Shown piece by piece: positions 18,301 to 26,238 of a stretch of DNA of 64,000 nt. Both the position numbers and the translations under genes were made by a program. Within the stretch, counting starts at the first letter, position 1; each line of letters starts with the position of its first letter. The notes beneath the pieces were generated by a model, which did not search any database, was not told where the DNA came from, and was given only the letters and a program-made list of their open reading frames with translations. The stretch lies in IMG/VR virus record IMGVR_UViG_3300032144_000002, positions 12,575 through 76,574 of that record. One strand, 5' to 3'. Source of the stretch: a virus. Its lineage: Duplodnaviria > Heunggongvirae > Uroviricota > Caudoviricetes.

Positions 18301-18640
18301 TTGATACGCAACAATAAGCATTGCAACGGTAACGCCCGCGCCTAGCATGCTGGCGGCCAGCATTGCAAGGGTTTATTTAACAATAATGGGCCGCGCCAGC
18401 CGGCCTAGGGGCCTCTAATGGCCGGAATGGGCGGCCCCGCCATACCGCTACGGCAGCCAGCCTAGGCAGCCTGCTAGGCCGGTGCCCGGGGCTGCTTAGG
18501 CGGGGCCTGTGCCCTACTGGCGGCCCGGTGCGGCCCCGCCAGCCGGTGCCTGCCCCGGTGCCCCGCCCCCGGGGGCGGCCCCTGTAGGTGCTAATAGGCC
18601 GGCTGGCGCGGCCCGGTTAAGGGCGCGGCAAACCGCCTGA
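18300..18640. repeat. GC-rich repeat island R1 (shares motifs with islands at about 48960-49280, 54780-55200, 63400-63550)
   Basis: Direct repeat AGCATTGCAA x2 flanking palindrome AGCATGCT; multiple CCTAGG sites; GGCCGGCTGGCGCGGCC element also present in island R2. Confidence 0.45.
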
Positions 18641-19260
18641 GCCATCTCAGCGTCGTCAGCGCGGCACACCCATGCGTTGAGCTTGTGGTCGCGCACTGAC
18701 AGGCCATCGGCTCCGATCAGGTAGCGGTCAATCGGCTCGACCGGAGGTTCGGCAGGATGCAGGTTCGAACCTTCATCGCGATGCGCGTCCCAGGTGTGTT
18801 CAAGCATCCGCCGGTTTAGCTCCGCTGCCTCGGCTTCGGGCATGACTTTGATGTCTTGCAGCCGGGTGGCGTCGATGTACCGGTCGATGACAAAGCTGGC
18901 TTCTTGCAGCTCTGCCTGATTGCCGGTGGCCTGCCACTTGAGAAGGAACCCAACGACCGTGCCTTGGTAGTAGTCGAGATCGAATAGCGCGATGATCTCG
19001 TCCAACGTGTACGCGCCATCCGGTGGCGCGTTGACGATGACAATGCGTGGGTCGCTGCAGAGCTCTACGTACTTGGCGAGGTAATGCTTGGACTTCTCCA
19101 AGTCTTGCAGACCGTTCTTGTCACGCCACCTGAACAGGTACTTGGTGATGTTGCCGACGTAGTAGCCCCATCCGTTCTTGGCCACCAGATCCCAGTGCTG
19201 CACGCTACCGCGCTTGCTGTAATGATTGCCGCCGATTTGAACCTTGTTTGCTTCGCTCAT
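18514..19260 (-). CDS. DUF3310-family phage protein (nucleotide-metabolism associated); start at internal ATG 19260 with GGAG RBS; C-terminal Gly/Ala/Pro tail runs into GC island and may be over-extended
   Basis: KVQIGGNHYSK (GGxHY-type motif) and conserved YLAKY region; track ORF extends to 19335. Confidence 0.45.
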   Translation of the reverse strand: MSEANKVQIGGNHYSKRGSVQHWDLVAKNGWGYYVGNITKYLFRWRDKNGLQDLEKSKHYLAKYVELCSDPRIVIVNAPPDGAYTLDEIIALFDLDYYQGTVVGFLLKWQATGNQAELQEASFVIDRYIDATRLQDIKVMPEAEAAELNRRMLEHTWDAHRDEGSNLHPAEPPVEPIDRYLIGADGLSVRDHKLNAWVCRADDAEMAQAVCRALNRAAPAGLLAPTGAAPGGGAPGQAPAGGAAPGRQ

Positions 19261-19574
19261 GCCAATCTCCAAACGAGCACCGCCACCAGCGCCCCTACTA
19301 TAAGACCCGCACTGACCTTCCCGATGAAGGCCCACGCACTCTCCGTCATCAGACCGACAACAGACTGTTGAACATCGGTCTCAGGTACTGAAGGCGCTGC
19401 GACTGCAGTGCCAATCTGAGCACCGCAGTCGCTGCAGCGATACATCACGCCGCCCGACAGTGTACTGATGTCAATCCACTTGCCACCGCACTTCGGTGTC
19501 TTGTGCATGTGCGCCAGATCGTCGCTGCTGAACCCGAGACGATCAAGGTCCATAGAGCGTACCATCGCGAACAC
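19257..19574 (-). CDS. Zinc-ribbon protein with C-terminal TM anchor
   Basis: CGGKW...CSDCG cysteine pairs; C-terminal AGLIVGALVAVLVW. Confidence 0.3.
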   Translation of the reverse strand: MFAMVRSMDLDRLGFSSDDLAHMHKTPKCGGKWIDISTLSGGVMYRCSDCGAQIGTAVAAPSVPETDVQQSVVGLMTESAWAFIGKVSAGLIVGALVAVLVWRLA

Positions 19575-20091
19575 GCTTGTACCGAGTAATGACCAGTTCG
19601 GTCAGCGACTGGATATTGTCCGTCAGCGGCGTCGGCTTGTCGAACTTCCATATACCGTATCGATGATCGAACATCGGATCAAGCGTGCTCAGCACGCGAT
19701 CCACCATCAACCGAGCCTGCTGATTGCCGCGTGCCCAGTCCTCAAGACAGAACATCGCCAGCTCAAGCCTGTCAGCCAGCTTGAGCAGCCACGCTTCGTC
19801 ATCCGGCAGCTTGACAGCCAAGTCGTACGTCTTGTTGACCTCTTCCTCAGCCGCCTTGTACGCTGTCCTGAACGCCGGCATGCGGTGCAGTATCGGCGAC
19901 GGTGTGTCCCCGACAATGGCCTCGGCCACGTCGTGAAAGAGCGCAGCCTGCAGCAACCGCGATGACACCTGCCCGTCGGTGAGTTCCACCAGAAGCATGC
20001 ACACCCCGAAGGTGTGCGCGCCCACGTTCTGCTGTTCGACCACCGGCATCGTGTGATATCGGATGATGCGCTGCGCGTCACGCCCGAGCAT
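19543..20091 (-). CDS. HD-domain phosphohydrolase (YfbR-like 5'-deoxynucleotidase/dNTPase family)
   Basis: RYHTMPV...NVGAHTFGV...LFHDVAEAIVGDTP: His...HD...D metal ligands of HD superfamily; start at internal ATG (track ORF start 20253 lies inside the upstream gene). Confidence 0.7.
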   Translation of the reverse strand: MLGRDAQRIIRYHTMPVVEQQNVGAHTFGVCMLLVELTDGQVSSRLLQAALFHDVAEAIVGDTPSPILHRMPAFRTAYKAAEEEVNKTYDLAVKLPDDEAWLLKLADRLELAMFCLEDWARGNQQARLMVDRVLSTLDPMFDHRYGIWKFDKPTPLTDNIQSLTELVITRYKRVRDGTLYGP

Positions 20092-20105
20092 CAGTCTCTG
20101 GCGGT

Positions 20106-21194
20106 TCACTCGACACCTCCACCACGGCGCGTCATCCACTGGATGCCAGCGAACTGCCAGTCGCAGTCTGGCATGGCGTTCTCCATGATTGCGATAGCGT
20201 TCATGGCGCGCCGGTGCTTCTCGGGCACCGAATCGTTCTTGTACACACGCCACGCCAGCCGCATCGGTTCGGCCACCTCTTTGAAGAAGCGGAAGCTGGT
20301 GCCGCGTCCTTCACAGAAGCTGACGCACTCCGCCAGCCACTTCTGCCAGTCGGCAGGCTGCAGCCCGGTGAACAGCGGGAACGTGCCGGTGCCGATATCC
20401 TGGTACGGATCGATCCGGTAGTCCGGGTTCTCGCACACATTCTTCCACGCTGGCTGATCCGTGTACACGTGGAAGCTGTCGCTCACCTGTCGGTAGATTC
20501 CGACCGGCACGCCGACGGCGCTGGCGATGAACTCCTGCAGCGTGCTGAACTGTACGATATTGGCACCATACGCGCCCCATATGATGTCGTTGCTGCGGCA
20601 GGCCACGGTCATGTCGAGCGCGCCGTCCCTGATCTTGAACATCAGCAGGTCATTGCACGGCATGTCCTTGGTCTTCCTGCCAAGATCAAGGTACGGGTTC
20701 CAGATCGACAACACCACCTGCCGCGTGCTGTGGTCCTTGCTCAGCAGGTCGATGGCCACGGCGATCTGGTCAAGCGTACCGGATTCGCTCATCGGGCCGA
20801 TGCCGGTGTCGTACTCGATGTCCGGTACATCCCAGTTCCGCAGCCGGTAGCCGTAAGGCGCATGGAACTCTTCGCCGTTGTCGCTGTACGCGGCGATGTT
20901 GGTGTTGAACTCCTTCAGGAAGGCCACGTCTTTGCGACCTGCCAGAATCCACAGACTCTCCATCAGATGGAAGAACGGGTTGGCGTCACGGTGTGGAGAC
21001 CAGAGGACACGTTCCACTGGCTCCTGGTATTCGGTGATGACAGGCCCTCGGTATTCGAGGGTCTGAAGTCCACGTGGTGAGATGTCGCGCCAGTAGTAGT
21101 CGCGGCGCGGGTCACGAAGCATCGAGCGTACCCTCGACAGGGCTTGGTTGACATTGCGAACGCGGATGATGGTCGCCTCATTCAAAGTGCTCAT
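20106..21194 (-). CDS. Thymidylate synthase (ThyA)-family pyrimidine C5 one-carbon transferase with about 90-aa N-terminal extension; substrate (dUMP/dCMP; methyl vs hydroxymethyl) not determinable by eye
   Basis: FHLMESLWILAG (folate-binding helix), VVLSIWNP, MPCNDLLMF (catalytic Cys in PCH-like motif), ACRSNDIIWG (RSCD-like) align to ThyA core. Confidence 0.8.
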   Translation of the reverse strand: MSTLNEATIIRVRNVNQALSRVRSMLRDPRRDYYWRDISPRGLQTLEYRGPVITEYQEPVERVLWSPHRDANPFFHLMESLWILAGRKDVAFLKEFNTNIAAYSDNGEEFHAPYGYRLRNWDVPDIEYDTGIGPMSESGTLDQIAVAIDLLSKDHSTRQVVLSIWNPYLDLGRKTKDMPCNDLLMFKIRDGALDMTVACRSNDIIWGAYGANIVQFSTLQEFIASAVGVPVGIYRQVSDSFHVYTDQPAWKNVCENPDYRIDPYQDIGTGTFPLFTGLQPADWQKWLAECVSFCEGRGTSFRFFKEVAEPMRLAWRVYKNDSVPEKHRRAMNAIAIMENAMPDCDWQFAGIQWMTRRGGGVE

Positions 21195-21946
21195 TAACGA
21201 ATCTCCAGCTTGGTCGGCGGTTCAATGAAAGTAACAGTCTTATCTTCCGCAATGGCCTGCGGTGTGCCCCATTCATGGAGCTGATTACGGTCGATCATGC
21301 TGGCAAGCTTCGGTCCTTCGATATACTTGAACAGCCCGGAAAGGTATGGCTCGTCATCCGGCTTTGAGTCACGACGCCACTCGGCCCACGCATCAAGAAG
21401 AATGCGTGCTGACCGAAAGAAGAATGCCCCGGCCAGCGCGTACCGAGATATCGGCTTCTTCTCAATGCCGAAGTTGAAGTCTGGGTACGCGTCGATGTAC
21501 CCGAAGCGATACTCATTGGCGTCAAACACGACAGCGCCGGCGCTGGCCTTTGAGTTCGCGTACCAGTTGTGAGCGAACGTAGTTAGCCGGTGCTCCTTGA
21601 CAGCGAATGCGTTGTCCGAGTTCACCACGAGTAGCTGGTCATAGGCGCCAATGTGCGGTGCGCATGCCAGTCGTGCGACTGTGTCAGCCTGTCCCATGCT
21701 TGCACCGACCGGAATCACAACGTAGTCGGCCGGCAGCGCCGCAGCGAACGCTTCCCAGTCCTGCGGTCTGCATCCGATCAGTGGTGCCAGTGAATCCGAC
21801 ACAGATTCAACGACGTGTTCGATCATAGTGCGCCGTTTACCACGCCAGCCCATTTTCAACAGGCCCTTCGGCTTTTGGTATCCAGCCTCGGCAAACCTCC
21901 GGCTCTCGCCGGCAGCAGGTATCAACAGTTGCAGCATATTGTCCAC
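21194..21946 (-). CDS. Sugar-1-phosphate nucleotidyltransferase (NTP_transferase family; MurU/RmlA/LicC-like)
   Basis: N-terminal LIPAAGESRRF signature (G-x-G-x-R NTP-binding loop); ATGA overlap with ThyA-like gene. Confidence 0.75.
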   Translation of the reverse strand: MDNMLQLLIPAAGESRRFAEAGYQKPKGLLKMGWRGKRRTMIEHVVESVSDSLAPLIGCRPQDWEAFAAALPADYVVIPVGASMGQADTVARLACAPHIGAYDQLLVVNSDNAFAVKEHRLTTFAHNWYANSKASAGAVVFDANEYRFGYIDAYPDFNFGIEKKPISRYALAGAFFFRSARILLDAWAEWRRDSKPDDEPYLSGLFKYIEGPKLASMIDRNQLHEWGTPQAIAEDKTVTFIEPPTKLEIR

Positions 21947-22398
21947 CCCGTAGCAGCGCGCAGATACTTCGATGATTCAACGTTGTCTTCGAACATGATG
22001 CCGGCAGTATCGTACTGATTGAGAAAGGAAGCCTTGTCCTTCACGCCACACCCGGCCAGTATGGTGCCAACCTGAAGGCGAAACTTCTCGGCCAGAAGAT
22101 AAACGGATTCATACGATGCGCCGGTCAGAATGATCGGCTGCCTGTCCGTGGCAGCAAGGTGCCTGTACAACGACAGCAACGGCAGTGCCGTGACCATGCC
22201 CTCATAGATCCTTGTCCTGTACGCGGCGGCCTTGGCCTTCCGCAACGCCTTGGCCTCTTCTTCGGTTCCCTTGAACCACTCAACGAATGGCTTGCCGAAG
22301 AAATCCAGTGGCGGTGAGACGCCAGCGTCCACATACGCTTGCCTGACAGCATCCTTGGTGTCAAGAAGAGTGCCGTCTAGGTCGAAAGCGTATCGCAC
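21922..22398 (-). CDS. HAD-superfamily phosphatase; start assigned to GTG 22398 (AGGAGG RBS), alternative in-frame ATG at 22545 lies inside upstream gene
   Basis: YAFDLDGTLLDT is HAD motif I (DxDGT); small cap-less HAD like sugar-phosphate phosphatases. Confidence 0.55.
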   Translation of the reverse strand: MRYAFDLDGTLLDTKDAVRQAYVDAGVSPPLDFFGKPFVEWFKGTEEEAKALRKAKAAAYRTRIYEGMVTALPLLSLYRHLAATDRQPIILTGASYESVYLLAEKFRLQVGTILAGCGVKDKASFLNQYDTAGIMFEDNVESSKYLRAATGWTICCNC

Positions 22399-23177
22399 AT
22401 CGCCTCCTTTGACTTGTACCTGCCATTGATGAGGACGTCGTAGATCATCGCCGCATTGCGACGGCCCCACGTATAAGCCTGTACGTCGCCGGCCTTCGTG
22501 GCGTATGGCATCAACCGCAGGCAATGCACCATGCACCAGAACCACGCACGCTCATGGTGCTCTTCAGGCAGCCGTTCGAGGATGATCGCCACGGCCGGAC
22601 GCATGTTGTACTGCCAGCCTAGACGCAGAGTTTCCCAGCCGATCGCCGACTGCAGCATCTTACCGAGATCGACCGTGGTGTCGTTTGTCACGCGGCACGA
22701 CCATATCGGATCGATGATGGCCATGCTGCCGTCTTCTCGGAACATCATGTTCGACAACGTCGGGTCGCCATGCACCATGCACCAGCTATCGAGATCGACG
22801 TGCAACCGGTTCACCAGCTGAATCGACTGGTCAAACGATTTCGGTGAGCGATCGTGCAGTTCAGCGATCAGATGCACCACGGCATCGTCCCAATCCACCG
22901 CCGGCACAGCCTTACGCCGCCACACGTTGAGATGCAGAATGTCGACGGCCAATGCGAGCATATCGCCGACGTTCTGGTCGTTCATTCGCCGGCCGAAGTG
23001 TTCGGTCGGCTCGATCAGCTTCTCCATCATGTAGCCGGTTCGCGATGCCGCTATCACACGAGGCGTAACGGGGTACATGATGCAGCAGAGCGCTGCTTGA
23101 GCACCGAGGTTGTCGCCTTCTTTCAACACGCTGCTTGCCAACGCCGTCACGTTGGCCCCACTAAAACCTTTCTTCAT
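22377..23177 (-). CDS. APH/choline-kinase-fold kinase, candidate anomeric sugar kinase (AmgK/NahK/LicA-like)
   Basis: Brenner motif HGDPTLSNMMF and IIDP (D of DFG-equivalent) typical of aminoglycoside phosphotransferase-like small-molecule kinases; start at internal ATG MKKGF (track ORF starts at 23273 inside upstream gene). Confidence 0.6.
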   Translation of the reverse strand: MKKGFSGANVTALASSVLKEGDNLGAQAALCCIMYPVTPRVIAASRTGYMMEKLIEPTEHFGRRMNDQNVGDMLALAVDILHLNVWRRKAVPAVDWDDAVVHLIAELHDRSPKSFDQSIQLVNRLHVDLDSWCMVHGDPTLSNMMFREDGSMAIIDPIWSCRVTNDTTVDLGKMLQSAIGWETLRLGWQYNMRPAVAIILERLPEEHHERAWFWCMVHCLRLMPYATKAGDVQAYTWGRRNAAMIYDVLINGRYKSKEAMCDTLST

Positions 23178-23842
23178 CGGTATGCCCACTCCGGAGGACT
23201 GTAGTCGTAACGCTTGGCCATCTTGGCGATCTTGCTGCACATGCCTGGGTCCATGTCGTACAGGTCGTTCCATGTAACCCGCTTGGCCTTGAAGATTCCG
23301 CGCGACGCGTTCTTGGCGGTCTTCGGCACCTTCGGAATACTGAATGGCGGAAGACCCAGATCATCCAGCATGTTCTCCCACACATGCTGATCTTTCATGT
23401 CTTCGAGACGATACCGATTCTTCGTCAAACGCTCGCATCGCTTGTTCACCTCGTACCACGCATGCATGGCCTTGCGCAGTTTCGGTTTGAGGTCTTTTGG
23501 AATGACGCCATGCTTCTCAAGCCACTTCTGATGCTCGGTGCCCATCGTCTTCCAGATGGAACCAATGGTCTTCAACGGATCACGCACAAGATGCAGCACA
23601 TGCTTGAATTCGTAATCGCGCATACGCTGCCCGACATGGGCTATCAGCCCCTTCGGTGGCGTCGATGGCGACAACGGGTACTTCGGCGTGTCCATGAAGA
23701 AGTAGCATGATACGGTGCCGTCTTCGAGGACGTACTCGTGACCTACCCGCAGACCGACCTCCTTCAACATCCGGCACACGTAGGTAGTGCCGCTGCGACT
23801 GTTGCCGACAATCAACACGCGCCTTTTACTTGGAGCTTTCAT
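23174..23842 (-). CDS. Sulfotransferase-family P-loop protein (Sulfotransfer_3-like); alternative: P-loop kinase
   Basis: VLIVGNSRSGTTYV (5'-PSB-like P-loop) and HLVRDPLKTIGS (RDP-x-D/x-x-S 3'-PB-like motif). Confidence 0.5.
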   Translation of the reverse strand: MKAPSKRRVLIVGNSRSGTTYVCRMLKEVGLRVGHEYVLEDGTVSCYFFMDTPKYPLSPSTPPKGLIAHVGQRMRDYEFKHVLHLVRDPLKTIGSIWKTMGTEHQKWLEKHGVIPKDLKPKLRKAMHAWYEVNKRCERLTKNRYRLEDMKDQHVWENMLDDLGLPPFSIPKVPKTAKNASRGIFKAKRVTWNDLYDMDPGMCSKIAKMAKRYDYSPPEWAYR

Positions 23843-24668
23843 ACGCTTTCTTCCACTGCACCACCACCTCTTTTCTCGGAACGGACTTCAAGTAGGCACG
23901 ATCAACGACCTTGACAAAGCCCTTGTGCAGCTTGGCCAACTTCTCGGCGTCGGCGTTGGATGCTTCCATGCTGCGTTCTTCGCTGGCACCGCCGCGCGAG
24001 TTGTAGACTTGGTCTACCGTGAGCTCAGCCAGCACGCGATTCTCCCACCCCTTGCGCAGCAGTTGCAGGCAGTAGTCCATGTCTTCACGATGCTCGATAC
24101 GCCCGAGCTTGCACTCTGCTTCCACGATAGCGCAGTCGTAGCCGAGTGCGTAGACCATGCGGTAGTTGCGCAGCCATCGCAACCTTCTGATGGTTTCGTC
24201 GACTTCAAGATCGCCGAACTTCTTACTCAGGTTACGACGCTGCAGCGCTTCAACGCGGTTATTACCTTGGCGAGTACTGATGCCGACATGGGCGTACTCT
24301 GTGAGAGCCTTACCTACTCGCCGAAGACCACGTCCCACGTCCTCAACCGTAGGCTTGACCAGCTTGGTCGGGGCTTGCGTATAGTCACGCACGCTAAACC
24401 GCAGATCATCGTCGAGCATGAGGATATAGCTGTCACGCTCGCGTGCCCACCGATCAATGATCCACGCCCGCTTGCTGGCGATGGTCGTGATCTTCTTCGG
24501 CACCACTACCATGTCGCACCCGGACTGCTTGGGTAGCCCAAGCCTTTCGAACTCGCGCGCGTCGCTGCTGTCGCAGACCAGCGTCGTCTTCTTGCGCCAC
24601 TCAGGAGGCAGCTCACGCAGCGTAATCTGTCTGGTAACGCGCCGGTATGTCGGTATGACGATTCTCAT
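23826..24668 (-). CDS. GT-A fold glycosyltransferase (DXD motif)
   Basis: SYILMLDDDLRF DXD motif preceded by hydrophobic beta-strand; N-terminal MRIVIPTYRR Rossmann start. Confidence 0.5.
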   Translation of the reverse strand: MRIVIPTYRRVTRQITLRELPPEWRKKTTLVCDSSDAREFERLGLPKQSGCDMVVVPKKITTIASKRAWIIDRWARERDSYILMLDDDLRFSVRDYTQAPTKLVKPTVEDVGRGLRRVGKALTEYAHVGISTRQGNNRVEALQRRNLSKKFGDLEVDETIRRLRWLRNYRMVYALGYDCAIVEAECKLGRIEHREDMDYCLQLLRKGWENRVLAELTVDQVYNSRGGASEERSMEASNADAEKLAKLHKGFVKVVDRAYLKSVPRKEVVVQWKKAYESSK

Positions 24669-25672
24669 TTCAATTTCCCCAATACCTTGGATATCACACT
24701 CGGGTGGTGATTGTCAAGCGTCTTCTCAACGGCACGTCGCATGTCGCGGTAGTCTGGCCAGCCGATGTTCTCCACCAGATTGACAAGCTCTTGCGCGTCG
24801 GTTACCACGTAGCAGTTCTTGTCGATCTCCATGTCGCCCTTCTCTTTGGCCCAGCGCTTGTGCAGGATGTTGATGCATCCGGCATCCATGGCCTCGAGGA
24901 ATGAGTACTGCGTACCACCACCATCGCCCGAGTAGACAGAAAGATCCACGTTGATGCGGAAGTCTTTGGCCAGTGCTACCGCCTGCGCAGATCCCACGAA
25001 ACCGATGCCCGGCTTGTAGTGCCTGTATCGGTCCATCAAGTTCATGCGCAAGAAGTGTGTAGTCTCCTTGCCAAGGAACACGATACGCTTGTCAGCCTTG
25101 AGAGCTTGATTCGCATCGCACAGCATGTACGGGTGCTTGTTCGTAGCGATCATCGCGATAGAGCATGCAGCCTTTCGACGTACCCACTGCTCCTGTGCCG
25201 CAGTGCCGAACCTGCTGCGCACATACGGATGCGGCACGTACTTCGAGCGCTTGAAGTAACCCTGCAATCGCTCGCGGATGACGAGCACGCGCTCACCAGC
25301 CTCGCGCAACTTCAGTTCTTCAAGATGCGGGAACTGCTTGAACTCCTGCGTCGACTGTACGAAGATGTAGGCGCCGGCACGGAACAGCTTCTTGACCGTG
25401 TCCTCGTCTGCGAGATCGTCCGGGCGTGCAACCGCCGTGATGAGCGTGAGATCCTTCTTTGCAGCGCGCACAGCCTGCGCCACCGTGACGTTCTGGTACA
25501 CGGTGCCGTGGTGCTTCATGGTGCGAGCGTGTCCTTCCTCGCGATCTTTGTTGCACCTCAGTACGTTCACGTCCCAGCCTTCGGCCTTCAAGCCGTGGTA
25601 CATGTGAGCAGTGAACGTGGCAAAGCCGCCAACGTTCCACGGGCTCAGGTAAATCAAATTGATCTTTGGCAT
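24665..25672 (-). CDS. GT-B fold glycosyltransferase (GT4/GT1-like)
   Basis: C-terminal FLEAMDAGCINILHK resembles the E-x7-E / EAMAAG donor-binding motif of GT4 enzymes; start at ATG MPKINLIY (track ORF starts further upstream at 25807). Confidence 0.6.
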   Translation of the reverse strand: MPKINLIYLSPWNVGGFATFTAHMYHGLKAEGWDVNVLRCNKDREEGHARTMKHHGTVYQNVTVAQAVRAAKKDLTLITAVARPDDLADEDTVKKLFRAGAYIFVQSTQEFKQFPHLEELKLREAGERVLVIRERLQGYFKRSKYVPHPYVRSRFGTAAQEQWVRRKAACSIAMIATNKHPYMLCDANQALKADKRIVFLGKETTHFLRMNLMDRYRHYKPGIGFVGSAQAVALAKDFRINVDLSVYSGDGGGTQYSFLEAMDAGCINILHKRWAKEKGDMEIDKNCYVVTDAQELVNLVENIGWPDYRDMRRAVEKTLDNHHPSVISKVLGKLK

Positions 25673-25674
25673 GG

Positions 25675-25965
25675 CTACCCTTTGTTCTTTCGATACTTCC
25701 ACATCAGGAAGAGCCAGACTGCGTTGACCGTAGTCATGGACACGCCGCCGGCAAACGACGCCCACTGGCCAAGCGACGGATAGTAGTAAAGATTCCACAC
25801 GCCCCACGCTACAAAGAACGTGGTGGCCACCTTGGAAACTCCATGAGACTTCTTGTCGATCAGCATGCGTCGAACGTTCAGCAGTGCGAACATGCTGGCC
25901 AACAGTTCGAAGCTGGCATTGATGAGGTCATTAACTTGCACGGTGCTGCACCTTCTTGAGAACAC
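25675..25965 (-). CDS. Small polytopic membrane protein (3 predicted TM helices)
   Basis: 96 aa, three hydrophobic helices, basic C-terminus; adjacent to glycosyltransferases. Confidence 0.4.
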   Translation of the reverse strand: MFSRRCSTVQVNDLINASFELLASMFALLNVRRMLIDKKSHGVSKVATTFFVAWGVWNLYYYPSLGQWASFAGGVSMTTVNAVWLFLMWKYRKNKG

Positions 25966-26236
25966 GCTTCAGCAGTCGCTTGAGCGACTCCGACTCGCCG
26001 GGCTCGAATGAACTGCCGTCATCAATCGGTTTCAACAGATGACGCGCCACTAGTAGCGTCACGCCGTCAGCGTCCGCGCGCACCGAATACATGTCCCACC
26101 TATATTTGTAGTCGCCGATTTTGCCGGGGCCGTGAAACGTGACGACTGTGCCGGTGTCACCGACGTACTTACGGCAGTCAGGATCTATATTCAAGCCGCC
26201 GATGATTCGAACACGCTGCATGGGCTTCAGCTGCAT
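25931..26236 (-). CDS. Hypothetical protein (KOW/SH3-like small beta domain?)
   Basis: Start at internal ATG MQLKPMQRVRIIGG just after upstream stop. Confidence 0.3.
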   Translation of the reverse strand: MQLKPMQRVRIIGGLNIDPDCRKYVGDTGTVVTFHGPGKIGDYKYRWDMYSVRADADGVTLLVARHLLKPIDDGSSFEPGESESLKRLLKRVLKKVQHRAS

Positions 26237-26238
26237 GA

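Noticed and set aside
18740-18770. tRNA-like GGTTCGAACC sequence
   Set aside because: Lies inside the DUF3310 coding region with no acceptor or anticodon arms; no tRNA found anywhere in window
20214-21080. Plus-strand 288-aa ORF
   Set aside because: Antisense to the well-supported ThyA-family gene; Arg/Val-rich GC-driven frame
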